Numbered from the stretch's first letter, positions 47,760 to 58,000 are shown. The stretch: DNA of 64,000 nucleotides from an uncultured Flavobacteriales bacterium (GCA_950069165.1 CATMIT010000001.1:320-64319), one strand, 5' to 3'. The notes: generated by a model from the letters alone, not told the origin. Program-made: numbers and translations.

Positions 47760-48515
47760 ATGTCAGGACATAGTAAGTGGGCAAACATAAAACACAGAAA
47801 AGGGGCACAAGATGCCAAGCGTTCCAAAATTTTTACTCGAATAATTAAAGAATTAACGGTAGCCGTAAAAGCAGGCGGCTCTGAACAAGAAACAAATCCA
47901 AGATTACGTACAGCAATGCAAAATGCCAAAGGGACAAATATGCCAAAAGACACCATTGAAAGAACGATAAAAAAGGCAAGTGGTGTGGATGGAACATCAT
48001 ATGAGGAGGTCACTTTTGAAGGATACGCTTCTAATGGAATAGCGGTTTTTGTAGAATGCACTACCGATAATAACAACAGAACGGTTGCAAATATCAGGGC
48101 AATATTTAGTAAATATGGTGGCCATTTGGGGACTAATGGTTCTTTGGAATTTCTTTTTGTTAGAAAAGGAGTGTTTACCATTGCTTTGGAAAATGTGGGC
48201 TTGGAAATGGAAGAATTTGAAATGGAATTGATTGATGCTGGTTTAGAAGAAATTGAGAAAGAAGATGATATTATTTTGGTTTATACTGACTTTGCTGACT
48301 TTAGTGCCATGCAAAAAAAATTAGAAGAATTGAGAATAGAAGTGCATTCGGCTGAATTGCAAAGAATACCAACTACTAGCAAAACACTTGATGTAGATAA
48401 ATCAAAATCAGTTCTGAAAATGATTGATAAGTTTGAAGATGATGAGGATGTGCAGCATGTATTTCACAATATGGAACTTACAAAAGGCATATTACAAGTA
48501 ATGGAAAAGGAGTAA
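47760..48515 (+). CDS. YebC/PmpR family DNA-binding transcriptional regulator
   Basis: N-terminus MSGHSKWANIKHRKGAQDAKRSKIF. Confidence 0.92.
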   Translation: MSGHSKWANIKHRKGAQDAKRSKIFTRIIKELTVAVKAGGSEQETNPRLRTAMQNAKGTNMPKDTIERTIKKASGVDGTSYEEVTFEGYASNGIAVFVECTTDNNNRTVANIRAIFSKYGGHLGTNGSLEFLFVRKGVFTIALENVGLEMEEFEMELIDAGLEEIEKEDDIILVYTDFADFSAMQKKLEELRIEVHSAELQRIPTTSKTLDVDKSKSVLKMIDKFEDDEDVQHVFHNMELTKGILQVMEKE

Positions 48516-48526
48516 ATTTATATAAA

Positions 48527-49798
48527 ATGAATGTATTAATATTAGGAAGTGGAGCAAGAGAACATGCATTTGCATGGAAAATTGCAAAAAGCAGTATGTG
48601 CAATAAATTATTTATTGCCCCAGGAAATGCTGGGACTAGTGAATTAGGGACTAATGTTGAGGTTGAGGTTAACGATTTTGAAAGGATTAAAAAATTAGCC
48701 ATTGATGAAGAGATTGATATGCTAATTGTTGGTCCGGAAGATCCTCTTGTAAATGGTATTTTTGATTTCTTTAACGAGACGGAAGATTTAAAACACATTA
48801 CTGTTATTGGTCCTTCAAAACAAGGGGCAAGGCTTGAGGGAAGTAAAGAATTTGCCAAAGAGTTTATGCAGAAATATAATATTCCTACTGCAAAATATGA
48901 AGCTTTTACAAAAAATAATTTAGAGGATGGGTTTGCTTTTTTAGATACCCTAAATCCCCCTTATGTTTTAAAAGCAGATGGCTTGGCGGCAGGTAAAGGT
49001 GTGTTAATTTTAGAGGATTTGAAAGAGGCAAAAAATGAGTTGAAAGAAATGGTAGCTGATGGGAAATTTGGGGCTGCATCATCAACTGTAGTGATTGAAG
49101 AGTTTTTAGATGGAATTGAGCTTTCCATATTTGTGCTTACAGATGGGGATTCCTACAAAATTTTACCTTCCGCAAAAGATTATAAAAGAATTGGAGAGGG
49201 AGATGCTGGCCTAAATACAGGAGGAATGGGAGCAATATCTCCAGTGCCTTTTGCCGACAGATTTTTTATTGAAAAAGTAGAAACGGAAATCATAAAACCA
49301 ACCATTCACGGCCTGAAAGAAGAAGGGATTGTGTATCACGGATTCATTTTTATTGGACTGATTGTAAACGGAAATGATGTGAAAGTAATAGAGTATAATG
49401 TGAGAATGGGCGATCCGGAAACAGAGGTGGTTATTCCAAGAATAAAATCTGATTTGCTGCATTTATTTAAAGGAATTGGAGATGGCACTTTTAGTGAAAA
49501 AGATTTACATATTGATGAAGATACTGCCGCTACCATTATGCTTGTTTCTGGTGGTTATCCCGAAAAATATGAAAAAGGGAAAGTGATTAGTGGCTTAGAT
49601 GATATTGATGGAAGTATCGTTTTTCATGCGGGGACTAAACAAGAAGAAGATGCTGTTTTAACAAATGGAGGAAGGGTTTTAGCAATTACTTCTTTTGGTA
49701 TAAATATAGAAGATGCGCTTAGCAAATCGTTCGCTAATGCGGAGAAAATTAACTTTGAGAAAAAGTACTATCGAAAAGATATTGGCTTTGATTTATGA
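48527..49798 (+). CDS. purD: Phosphoribosylamine--glycine ligase
   Basis: MNVLILGSGAREHAFAWK, ATP-grasp core, EYNVRMGDPE. Confidence 0.95.
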   Translation: MNVLILGSGAREHAFAWKIAKSSMCNKLFIAPGNAGTSELGTNVEVEVNDFERIKKLAIDEEIDMLIVGPEDPLVNGIFDFFNETEDLKHITVIGPSKQGARLEGSKEFAKEFMQKYNIPTAKYEAFTKNNLEDGFAFLDTLNPPYVLKADGLAAGKGVLILEDLKEAKNELKEMVADGKFGAASSTVVIEEFLDGIELSIFVLTDGDSYKILPSAKDYKRIGEGDAGLNTGGMGAISPVPFADRFFIEKVETEIIKPTIHGLKEEGIVYHGFIFIGLIVNGNDVKVIEYNVRMGDPETEVVIPRIKSDLLHLFKGIGDGTFSEKDLHIDEDTAATIMLVSGGYPEKYEKGKVISGLDDIDGSIVFHAGTKQEEDAVLTNGGRVLAITSFGINIEDALSKSFANAEKINFEKKYYRKDIGFDL

Positions 49799-49807
49799 TG
49801 AGGCGTG

Positions 49808-49969
49808 CTACTGCCCATCTTTTTTATGTTTTATCATTTTTAAGGTCCATACAACCAAAAAAGTTAAGATTACAACTATATAAAAATAATTTATCTTGTT
49901 CCCTATTGAAGGCATAAAATCAAAAATGTAACCAAAGAAATCACCAATACCATAAAAAAAATTATCCAT
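49808..49969 (-). CDS. Small (53 aa) hydrophobic protein, below the ORF-track size cut-off
   Basis: Hand translation gives MDNFFYGIGDFFGYIFDFMPSIGNKINYFYIVVILTFLVVWTLKMIKHKKDGQ*, with an ATG start, one clear TM helix and a basic tail. It fills an otherwise empty 225-bp gap. Confidence 0.45.
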   Translation of the reverse strand: MDNFFYGIGDFFGYIFDFMPSIGNKINYFYIVVILTFLVVWTLKMIKHKKDGQ

Positions 49970-50023
49970 TATATAAATTTAAAATACTTTGGCAAAAATA
50001 ATTAATTATTAGAACCCACCTAA

Positions 50024-50944
50024 ATGTTCCTAAAAAATATAAAAACGACAAGTCCCTTATCCATTGTTTTTTTTATTGCTTTTGCTCTGCTGTTTTGGTG
50101 TCTGCCAATTTTTACAAATAAGCTTACTGCTGTTTATGCGCACGCCTTTTTTTCGGCAATTACCATTTTTATTTTAGGGCTATTACTGCCTCTTTTACAA
50201 TCCGTTGGACTTAATAACTTGATTTATGAAAAAGATGTTATAAAGAAAAATAGTTTGGTTTTGGCTCCTGTTTTTTTATTGCTTGGCACTCCATTTATCA
50301 TCCAAGCGGACTCATGGATTATTTCCTTTTTCTTACTCTTTTACCTCAATATTTTGTTTTCGGCCTACCAAAAGGATAGGCCATTTTCGCAAGTGTTTAA
50401 TGCTAATTTTTTACTAGCAATAATAGCCCTTTTTTACTCAGATATTTTATTATTATTCCCTTTATTTATAGTTACTTTTCTTACCTTTCAAAATATGAGT
50501 TGGAGGAGCATGCTTATTTCTTTAATTGGACTTGCTCTCCCATTTCTTTTTTATTGGGTATATACTTTTTTATTGGACCAGACATTTATATTTAATACGC
50601 CCACATTTAAGTTGGTTTCCCTCTCCATCCCAACAATTAACACCTTATCTTATGCAGAAATTAGTTGGTTTTCTATTGTAATTGTTATTCTTTTATTATC
50701 ATTTCTAGAATTGGTATTTTGGATGTATAAAAAAAGCATTCGTTCCAGAAAATCCTTTTTCATAATTCTTGCTTACTTTATATTACTACTGTTTATTAAT
50801 ATTGATAATTCTTATTATTTGCTTCTAACACCAATTAGTATAATAGTCGCAAACTTTTTTGTGTATTCAAAACAAAAAAGATTAACCGAAATTTTGTTCT
50901 TTCTTTTTTTATTAGCTTCCGTTTATTATCGAATTTCGATTTAA
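50024..50944 (+). CDS. Polytopic membrane protein of unknown function (about 8 TM helices)
   Basis: 306 aa, almost entirely hydrophobic helices, no catalytic motif recognised. Confidence 0.6.
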   Translation: MFLKNIKTTSPLSIVFFIAFALLFWCLPIFTNKLTAVYAHAFFSAITIFILGLLLPLLQSVGLNNLIYEKDVIKKNSLVLAPVFLLLGTPFIIQADSWIISFFLLFYLNILFSAYQKDRPFSQVFNANFLLAIIALFYSDILLLFPLFIVTFLTFQNMSWRSMLISLIGLALPFLFYWVYTFLLDQTFIFNTPTFKLVSLSIPTINTLSYAEISWFSIVIVILLLSFLELVFWMYKKSIRSRKSFFIILAYFILLLFINIDNSYYLLLTPISIIVANFFVYSKQKRLTEILFFLFLLASVYYRISI

Positions 50945-50981
50945 ATATTTTACTTTTGTACTAAATAAAAAAACAATAAAA

Positions 50982-51671
50982 ATGAGATTTGGAGTAGTAA
51001 TTTTCCCTGGTTCTAATTGCGATATGGATATGATTTATGTGCTTGAAAACATCCTTAAACAAGAGGTTGTAAAACTTTGGCATAAAGACACCAATCTGCA
51101 AGAATGTGACTTTATTATTTTGCCTGGTGGATTTTCATTTGGAGATTATTTGCGTTCGGGAGCTATCGCCAAATTCTCGCCCATAATGAAAGAGATTATT
51201 GGCTTTGCAAATGCCGGAGGATTCGTGATGGGCATTTGTAATGGGTTCCAAATTTTGTGCGAAACAGGGCTTTTGCCTGGGGCACTTTTACACAATACAG
51301 ATCATAAATTTATTTGTAAAAATATTTATCTGAAAACCATATCCGATAATAGTATTCTAACCAATATGATAGGTGATAAATCACTAAAAATACCGATTGC
51401 ACATGGTGAAGGGCGATATTTTGCAGAGGCAAAAACAATAGCAGAATTAGAAACTAACGACCAAATTCTTTTCAAATATTGTAATGAAAAAGGCGAGATA
51501 ACTGAGGATTCAAATCCTAATGGTTCAATAAAAAATATTGCGGGTGTTTGCAATAAAGATCGCAATGTTTTTGGCATGATGCCACATCCCGAACGAGCTG
51601 CTGACATTGAACTTAAAAGCACAAATGGAAGAAAATTGTTTGAAAGTATTTTGTCAAAAACTCTTGCTTAA
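50982..51671 (+). CDS. purQ: Phosphoribosylformylglycinamidine synthase subunit PurQ (glutaminase)
   Basis: MRFGVVIFPGSNCDMD, nucleophile GICNGFQ, HPER. Confidence 0.93.
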   Translation: MRFGVVIFPGSNCDMDMIYVLENILKQEVVKLWHKDTNLQECDFIILPGGFSFGDYLRSGAIAKFSPIMKEIIGFANAGGFVMGICNGFQILCETGLLPGALLHNTDHKFICKNIYLKTISDNSILTNMIGDKSLKIPIAHGEGRYFAEAKTIAELETNDQILFKYCNEKGEITEDSNPNGSIKNIAGVCNKDRNVFGMMPHPERAADIELKSTNGRKLFESILSKTLA

Positions 51672-51904
51672 ATAAATTTATTTTATTACAATCTGATTCT
51701 CTTTTTTTGCCTTCTAAAACCCCTAAAATATTTCTGCTTTTTTTGACCAAAGTGAACTCATTTCAAAATCAACCGAAATTTAGTATGGTTGAAAAAATTG
51801 TTAAAAAACAATTTCACTTGCTATAAATACATCCCTATTCTTTCTTAAAATTGTAACAACTAATTTATAGTACAAATACACACCATTTAATAAGAGAAAG
51901 TAAA

Positions 51905-54493
51905 ATGACAGTTAAAACCAAAGCCACAGAGGAAGTGTTTGCAAAAAATGTAACTACAAAAACATTTACTTATGAAGATGTACTAAAGGCAAGCATTGAA
52001 TATTTTAATGGAGATGAATTAGCTGCTACTACCTGGATGAATAAATATGCAATGACTGATAATGACGGTGAATTTGTAGAGAGCTCTCCAGATGATATGC
52101 ACAACCGAATGGCTAAAGAATTTGCAAGGATTGAAAATGATTACACTTTGCGTTATGATTTAAATGGGGGGACAAAATTCCTGTCGGAATACGGACAACA
52201 AAGAGGACCACTAACAGAGGAAAAAATTTACAATTTATTTAAAAGGTTCGGCTATATTATTCCACAAGGAAGTGTGATGAGTTCGCTTGGGAATCATTAT
52301 AAATTGGCTTCCCTTTCTAATTGTATAGTAGTGCCTGAAATGCACGATTCTTATGGCGGTGTTTTTTATACTGACCAACAATTAGCACAATTATTTAAAA
52401 GAAGATGTGGTGTTGGGGTGGATATTTCAAACCTACGGCCATCAGGGTCTAAAGTTTCTAATGCAGCAGGGAGTACTTCTGGTGCTGTTTCCTTTATGAA
52501 TCGTTTTTCAAACACAACAAGAGAAGTTGCTCAAAATGGGAGAAGAGGAGCATTAATGCTTTCCATGGATATCGCACATCCTGATGTAGAGGATTTTATT
52601 ACCATTAAACAAGATTTGCAAAAAGTAACAGGCGCAAACATTTCTATTCGCCTTTCGGATGAGTTCATGAAAGCGGTAGAGAATAACAAGCAATACACCC
52701 ACCGTTGGCCAATCGATTCTGTCAATCCGAAATTTACAAAAACCATAAAAGCAAAAGAGCTTTGGGATACTATAATTAAGTGCGCTCATAATACAGCTGA
52801 ACCAGGATTAATTTTTTGGGACAGACAACATTGGTATTCAACATCATCCGTTTATCCTGGATATAAAAACACATCTACTAATCCTTGTTCTGAAATTGCA
52901 ATGCAAGGAGGAGATAGTTGCCGGCTTATCGCCATCAATCTTTTTAAGTTTGTAGAAAATCCTTTTACAAAAGAGGCTAAGTTTAATATGGATAATTTCT
53001 ATAGGGCAACTTATGAAGGACAAAGATTAATGGATGATTTAGTTGATTTGGAAACAGAAGCAATTAGCAGGATCTTAAAAAAAGTAGAGGAAGATGATGA
53101 ACCGGAAAACATAAAGGGCGTAGAAAAAGAAACTTGGGAATTACTTTTGAAAACTGGCAAAGAAGGAAGAAGAACTGGTTTAGGATTTACTGCATTGGCT
53201 GATATGGTTGCGGCATTGGGTATGGCAATTGATTCTGATACAGCAATTGCTAAAGTGGAAGAGATAATGAAAGAAAAGTGTAGAGCAGAATTTGATAGTT
53301 CCATAGATATGTCATTGGAAAGAGGAAGTTTTGTTGGCTTTGATGCTAAAATTGAAAAAACATCAGAATTTGTACAAATGCTAGAAAAAGAATTGCCGGA
53401 AGTTTATAATAGAATGATGGAGCACGGTAGAAGAAATATTTCCATTAGCACGGTTGCGCCAACAGGAACTTTGAGTATGCTCGCCCAAACATCATCAGGA
53501 ATTGAGCCCGTATTTATGACACATTACAAAAGAAGAAGAAAACTGAATGAACAGGACAGAAAAGCAAAAGTAGACTTTATTGATGATTCGGGAGATAAGT
53601 GGCAAGAGTTCACAGTTTATCATCATAACCTAAAAACATGGATGGATATAACTGGAGAAACAGATATTACAAAAAGTCCTTATGCTGGTTCAACTGCCCC
53701 TGAAATTGATTGGAATAAAAGAGTTGAAATGCAAGCTGTGGTTCAAAAATATGTTACACACTCCATTAGTTCTACAATCAATTTACCAAATGATGTATCG
53801 CTTGAAAAGGTTAGCGCTATCTATATGGACTCATGGAAACAGGGCTTAAAAGGAATTACAGTTTACCGTGATGGTTCTCGATCTGGAGTTTTAGTAGCTG
53901 TTGATGATAAAAAAGATAGTGTTTTAGAAAACACAGAGTTTAAAGAAACCCGTGCACCATCACGACCAAAAAAATTGGATGCCAAAGTAGTTCGTTTCCA
54001 AAATAATAAAGAAAAATGGATTGCTGTTGTTGGACTAATGAATGGAAGGCCTTACGAAATTTTTACTGGTAAAACGGAAGATGTTTTTGTGGTGCCACAA
54101 GCGGTAGAATACGGCTGGGTAATAAAAACAAAAAAAGAAGACGGTAGAACGCAATACGATTTTCAGTATGAAGATAGGGAAGGGTATAAAATAACAATGG
54201 GTGGTTTGTCCCGTTCATTTGATAAAGAATTCTGGAACTATGCAAAATTAATTTCAGGTGTTTTGCGCCATGGCATGCCTCTACATTATGTTGTTGATTT
54301 GATTGGGAAAATGAATCTTTATGATGACAACATCAACACTTGGAAAAGCGGTGTAGTAAGGGCTCTGAAAACATTTATTCCTAACGGTACAAAAGTATCG
54401 GACAATATCTGTGGAGAATGTGGAGATGAAGGATTAGTGTATGAAGAGGGCTGCTTGAAATGTATGAGTTGCGGATACAGTAAATGCGGATAA
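51905..54493 (+). CDS. nrdJ: Adenosylcobalamin-dependent (class II) ribonucleoside-diphosphate reductase
   Basis: RNR active-site loop STNPCSEI and N-terminal TWMNKYAM. It is a single large polypeptide with no adjacent beta subunit and a C-terminal CGECG..CLKCMSCG tail. Confidence 0.85.
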   Translation: MTVKTKATEEVFAKNVTTKTFTYEDVLKASIEYFNGDELAATTWMNKYAMTDNDGEFVESSPDDMHNRMAKEFARIENDYTLRYDLNGGTKFLSEYGQQRGPLTEEKIYNLFKRFGYIIPQGSVMSSLGNHYKLASLSNCIVVPEMHDSYGGVFYTDQQLAQLFKRRCGVGVDISNLRPSGSKVSNAAGSTSGAVSFMNRFSNTTREVAQNGRRGALMLSMDIAHPDVEDFITIKQDLQKVTGANISIRLSDEFMKAVENNKQYTHRWPIDSVNPKFTKTIKAKELWDTIIKCAHNTAEPGLIFWDRQHWYSTSSVYPGYKNTSTNPCSEIAMQGGDSCRLIAINLFKFVENPFTKEAKFNMDNFYRATYEGQRLMDDLVDLETEAISRILKKVEEDDEPENIKGVEKETWELLLKTGKEGRRTGLGFTALADMVAALGMAIDSDTAIAKVEEIMKEKCRAEFDSSIDMSLERGSFVGFDAKIEKTSEFVQMLEKELPEVYNRMMEHGRRNISISTVAPTGTLSMLAQTSSGIEPVFMTHYKRRRKLNEQDRKAKVDFIDDSGDKWQEFTVYHHNLKTWMDITGETDITKSPYAGSTAPEIDWNKRVEMQAVVQKYVTHSISSTINLPNDVSLEKVSAIYMDSWKQGLKGITVYRDGSRSGVLVAVDDKKDSVLENTEFKETRAPSRPKKLDAKVVRFQNNKEKWIAVVGLMNGRPYEIFTGKTEDVFVVPQAVEYGWVIKTKKEDGRTQYDFQYEDREGYKITMGGLSRSFDKEFWNYAKLISGVLRHGMPLHYVVDLIGKMNLYDDNINTWKSGVVRALKTFIPNGTKVSDNICGECGDEGLVYEEGCLKCMSCGYSKCG

Positions 54494-54515
54494 GCTGATA
54501 TTTATCTCAATAATT

Positions 54516-54541
54516 AAACCCACCAAATTGGTGGGTTTTTT
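54516..54541 (+). terminator. Rho-independent terminator after nrdJ
   Basis: AAACCCACCA-AT-TGGTGGGTTT followed by TTT, 23 nt after the stop. Confidence 0.8.
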
Positions 54542-54569
54542 ATTGACTGTATTTTTTGTATATTGTTTT

Positions 54570-55274
54570 ATGACTCTTTTAGAAAACACCAAAGAGATAG
54601 TGGAGGATTTTGTCTCCCTTTTTTATCCACAGCTATGTTTAATATGTAATGAGAATCTGTTAAAAGAGGAAGAATGTATTTGTTTAGCGTGCCTACATCA
54701 AACACCAAAAACAGATTGTTTTTTACAAAAGGAAAATATGGTAAGCAAGCGTTTTTGGGGGAGAGTGAAACTTGAAAATGCAGCAGCACTTTTTCAGTTT
54801 AACAAAGAGGGAAATGCCCAAAAGTTAATCCATCCATTAAAATATGAAGGAGGAAAAAAAATTGGTATTTTTTTAGGGAAACAATTAGCTTTTTCAATAA
54901 GGGATAGTAAGTTTTTTGAAGGCATTGATCTTATTATGCCCGTACCATTACATCCGAAAAAAGAAAAAATAAGAGGTTATAATCAAAGTAAATATATTGT
55001 AAAAGGTGTAAATGAAGTTTTGCAATTAGAAGAAAATTTCAAATCCTTGATTCGAATTGAAAATACCGATTCGCAAGTAAGAAAAAAACGATTTAGCCGT
55101 TGGGAAAATATGATGAATTCATTTGCCTTAAAAGAATCTCAAAAATTAAAAAACAAACATATTTTATTGGTAGATGATGTAATAACAACTGGCTCTACTT
55201 TGGAGGCTTGTGCGCAGAAACTATTAGAAGTAGAAGATGTTAAAGTTAGTATTGTTACTATTGCGGTAGCCTAA
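54570..55274 (+). CDS. comF: ComF family protein (phosphoribosyltransferase domain with N-terminal Cys4 finger)
   Basis: CLICNE..CLACL finger and PRPP loop ILLVDDVITTGSTLEA. The start is reset to ATG 54570 because the track start lies inside the nrdJ terminator. Confidence 0.8.
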   Translation: MTLLENTKEIVEDFVSLFYPQLCLICNENLLKEEECICLACLHQTPKTDCFLQKENMVSKRFWGRVKLENAAALFQFNKEGNAQKLIHPLKYEGGKKIGIFLGKQLAFSIRDSKFFEGIDLIMPVPLHPKKEKIRGYNQSKYIVKGVNEVLQLEENFKSLIRIENTDSQVRKKRFSRWENMMNSFALKESQKLKNKHILLVDDVITTGSTLEACAQKLLEVEDVKVSIVTIAVA

Positions 55275-55310
55275 TTTTTTTTGGTTAATGTTTATTCGTT
55301 TATTTGTAAT

Positions 55311-56387
55311 ATGAAATTATACCTATCCATTTTTATCGTTTTACTACTAAGCAGTTGTGCAAATATGGTAGCGCCAACTGGTGGTGAAAAGGACATGGAT
55401 GCCCCTGAGATTTTGAATATTATTGAATCTGTTGGAAAAGAAAGCACTCAATTAGAAAAAGTTTATTTTTTATTTGATGAGTACATTGGACTTAATCAGT
55501 GGGAAGAACATTTTTATATTTCTCCGCCAATAAAAAAACGCATAGTAAAAAAGATAGCGGGCAAATCATTGGAGTTGCATATTGAAGATACTTTGATGAG
55601 GAATACTACTTATTTGCTGTCTTTGGATAATTGCATAAAAGATATAAATGAGGGAAATGTTGTTGAAGATCTACAATTGCTCTTTTCTACCTCTGGAAAT
55701 GTGGATTCCTTAAAATTAAGTGGGAAACTACAAGATGCCTATACTTTAGAAGTGGTTGAAAATGCTTGGGTGATGCTTTTTGAAGAAAGCAGAAATGACT
55801 CCATTATTTTTAAAGAGACGCCTAATTATATTGCAAAAACAGATAAAAACGGCAACTTCCATTTTCCGAATTTGAAAGCTACTGATTTCAAAATTGTCGC
55901 TTTGACTGATTTTGATTTTATCTATAATAAGGAAGAATTAATTGCATTTTCTGACAAATTGATAAATGCTGAAAAAGATAGTTTTATTTCACTTATGGCT
56001 TTTGACCCCATTGTTGAAATAGATAGTATTATTGCCGACACTTTAAGCACTTTAACCGACAGCAGTAAAACAGATAGTCTGCTTGTGGAGATCATCACCT
56101 TTGGAAAATTGGAAATTATAACTGCCACTAATTCTCCTTGTGTTTTTCAACTATTACAAAACGAAAAAGTAATTATCGAATTTATTTTTGCAGCAAAACC
56201 TTATGATTTATTAGATATAACTCCTGGGAAATACCAATTAAAATATATTGCAGATAGCAATCAAGATGGGATTTGGAATACTGGAGATTGGGGAAACAAA
56301 ACACAGCCCGAAAAAGTAATTAATTACAAGGCTGAAATTACCATTCGTTCCAATTGGGATTTGGAATTAGAATGGGATTTAGAGTAA
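55311..56387 (+). CDS. Lipoprotein of unknown function (Ig-like/beta-sandwich-rich)
   Basis: MKLYLSIFIVLLLSSC lipobox from ATG 55311. No catalytic motif recognised. Confidence 0.55.
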   Translation: MKLYLSIFIVLLLSSCANMVAPTGGEKDMDAPEILNIIESVGKESTQLEKVYFLFDEYIGLNQWEEHFYISPPIKKRIVKKIAGKSLELHIEDTLMRNTTYLLSLDNCIKDINEGNVVEDLQLLFSTSGNVDSLKLSGKLQDAYTLEVVENAWVMLFEESRNDSIIFKETPNYIAKTDKNGNFHFPNLKATDFKIVALTDFDFIYNKEELIAFSDKLINAEKDSFISLMAFDPIVEIDSIIADTLSTLTDSSKTDSLLVEIITFGKLEIITATNSPCVFQLLQNEKVIIEFIFAAKPYDLLDITPGKYQLKYIADSNQDGIWNTGDWGNKTQPEKVINYKAEITIRSNWDLELEWDLE

Positions 56388-57155
56388 TTTAAAATCATCT
56401 CTATCTTGCAAAAAGTTCATTTGTCTTCTTTTTAGCTTCAAATCATCTAAACTGATTTCAATTTGCAAAACCTCTTCTTTGTTTTCACTTGCAGAAAATA
56501 GCTCTTTTCCAAAAGCATCAAATACTTTTGTGTGTCCGTTAAAAGAAACGCCATTTCCATCTTCCCCTACTCTGTTCACTCCAATGGTATAACACTGATT
56601 TTCTATTGCTCGCGCCTTTAAAAGCGTATCCCAAGCATCAATTCTTTTTACCGGCCAATTGGCTAAATAAATTAAAATATCATAATCTACATTATTACGC
56701 GAAAAAACCGGAAAGCGTAAATCGTAACAAATTAGCGGAAAAATTTTACAACCTTCTTCATCTACAATTAATCTTCCTTCCCCTTTTGCGATAGTTTCTT
56801 CTTCTTTAATTAAAGAGAACAAATGATGTTTATCATAAGTTTTGATAATTCCATTTTTTGAAATCCAAACTAGGCGATTATATACTTTTCCATTTCCCTT
56901 TATCATTAAACTGCCGGCAATAGCACAATTTTTATTCTTGGAAATTTCCTTCATCCAACTAACTGTTTTACCGTCCATAGTTTCTGCTAAATGAATAGAC
57001 TTAGGACAAAAAGATGTGCTGAACATCTCAGGAAGTAAAATGATATCTGTTTCTGAAATATTAGAAATTAACTGCTTAAAATGAGCAAGGTTCTTATTTA
57101 CATCTTCCCAAAAAAGATTGGATTGAATTAAAGTTATGTTCAAAATTTCTTTCAT
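56379..57155 (-). CDS. Carbon-nitrogen hydrolase (nitrilase superfamily, omega-amidase YafV-like)
   Basis: Catalytic triad context LPEMF (Glu), K.HLF (Lys), ICYDLRFP (Cys). ATG 57155 is preferred over the TTG at 57173. Confidence 0.85.
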   Translation of the reverse strand: MKEILNITLIQSNLFWEDVNKNLAHFKQLISNISETDIILLPEMFSTSFCPKSIHLAETMDGKTVSWMKEISKNKNCAIAGSLMIKGNGKVYNRLVWISKNGIIKTYDKHHLFSLIKEEETIAKGEGRLIVDEEGCKIFPLICYDLRFPVFSRNNVDYDILIYLANWPVKRIDAWDTLLKARAIENQCYTIGVNRVGEDGNGVSFNGHTKVFDAFGKELFSASENKEEVLQIEISLDDLKLKRRQMNFLQDRDDFKLL

Positions 57156-57175
57156 TGAAACAAAAGTAGACAAAA

Positions 57176-57206
57176 GTGAGCCTTACGGTCCTAAGTTCGA
57201 ACTTTT
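57176..57206 (+). repeat. Copy A of a 31-bp direct repeat (GTGAGCCTTACGGTCCTAAGTTCGAACTTTT)
   Basis: 27/31 identical to 58032-58062, same orientation. Confidence 0.9.
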
Positions 57207-57234
57207 TTAGAAAATTAATAAGTAAGTTTGCTTT

Positions 57235-57996
57235 ATGAAACAACTATTACTACTATTAGTATTTATCTCTTTGATATTATCTTGTGGAGAAAAAAATGAG
57301 AAGGAAAATATAAAAATATTTGTGTCAGATTCTACTGAAGAATCCGATAAAAGTAGTATTTCTTTAGAATTTGTACTATATGATAGTGTTACTACCAGCC
57401 AAGTTTTAATCATTAGAGATAAATTGGAACATAATGCTGACAGAATATTGGACTTTTTTAAAATTAAACCTGTAGATACATTTAAGATACATGTTTGGGG
57501 TAATTACGAGAACTATTTAATAGCTCAAGAATTATATGCAGGCCAACGATATGAAGGTTCCACAGGTTATGTTATTAGCTCTAATGAATTAGCCATGTTT
57601 TTAACTGATGATATTGAAGAAACAGCTGAACATGAATTTGTTCATGCAGTGTCATTGCGTGTAGATGCTTCTAATCCCAGATGGTTATGGGAATCTGTTG
57701 CAACTTATGTTGCCAATGAATTTATTGATCCTAACGAAATCAATTATCTTAAAAATTCGAATTATCCGACCATTGCTGAGTTAAATGGAGATTTTAATCA
57801 TGGTAATTTTAAAATATATGATGTAGGCTATTTACTTTCTGAATTTATTATTCATAAATGGGGTAAAGAAAAATACTTGGAGTTAATAAAGAGCTCTGGT
57901 GATTTACGAAAAGTATTCAATATTACTGATACTGATTTTGAAACTGAATGGACTAACTTTGTTAATGCTAAATATTTTAAGCACATACCTTCTTAA
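57235..57996 (+). CDS. Lipoprotein with an HExxH zinc-metallopeptidase motif (gluzincin-like)
   Basis: Lipobox LILSC. HEFVH followed 18 residues later by a Glu (WLWESVATY). Confidence 0.6.
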   Translation: MKQLLLLLVFISLILSCGEKNEKENIKIFVSDSTEESDKSSISLEFVLYDSVTTSQVLIIRDKLEHNADRILDFFKIKPVDTFKIHVWGNYENYLIAQELYAGQRYEGSTGYVISSNELAMFLTDDIEETAEHEFVHAVSLRVDASNPRWLWESVATYVANEFIDPNEINYLKNSNYPTIAELNGDFNHGNFKIYDVGYLLSEFIIHKWGKEKYLELIKSSGDLRKVFNITDTDFETEWTNFVNAKYFKHIPS

Positions 57997-58000
57997 ATAC

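Noticed and set aside
47738-48181. 147-aa minus-strand ORF fully antisense to the YebC-family gene. Similar antisense ORFs occur at 48478-48858, 39622-40200, 43291-44034, 14139-14507, 35405-35740, 28558-28875 and elsewhere.
   Set aside because: Each lies entirely inside a longer ORF with clear family motifs on the other strand. Their low-complexity, hydrophobic or Ser/Leu-rich composition is typical of shadow frames in AT-rich genes, and none has a motif of its own.
51672-51904. Possible cobalamin riboswitch or other structured leader in the 233-nt region upstream of the B12-dependent nrdJ.
   Set aside because: I could not find the conserved B12-box-like GCCACTG core or the extended GC-rich paired elements. 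The region is AT-rich and unstructured by eye. A covariance-model scan (Rfam RF00174) would be needed to be definitive.
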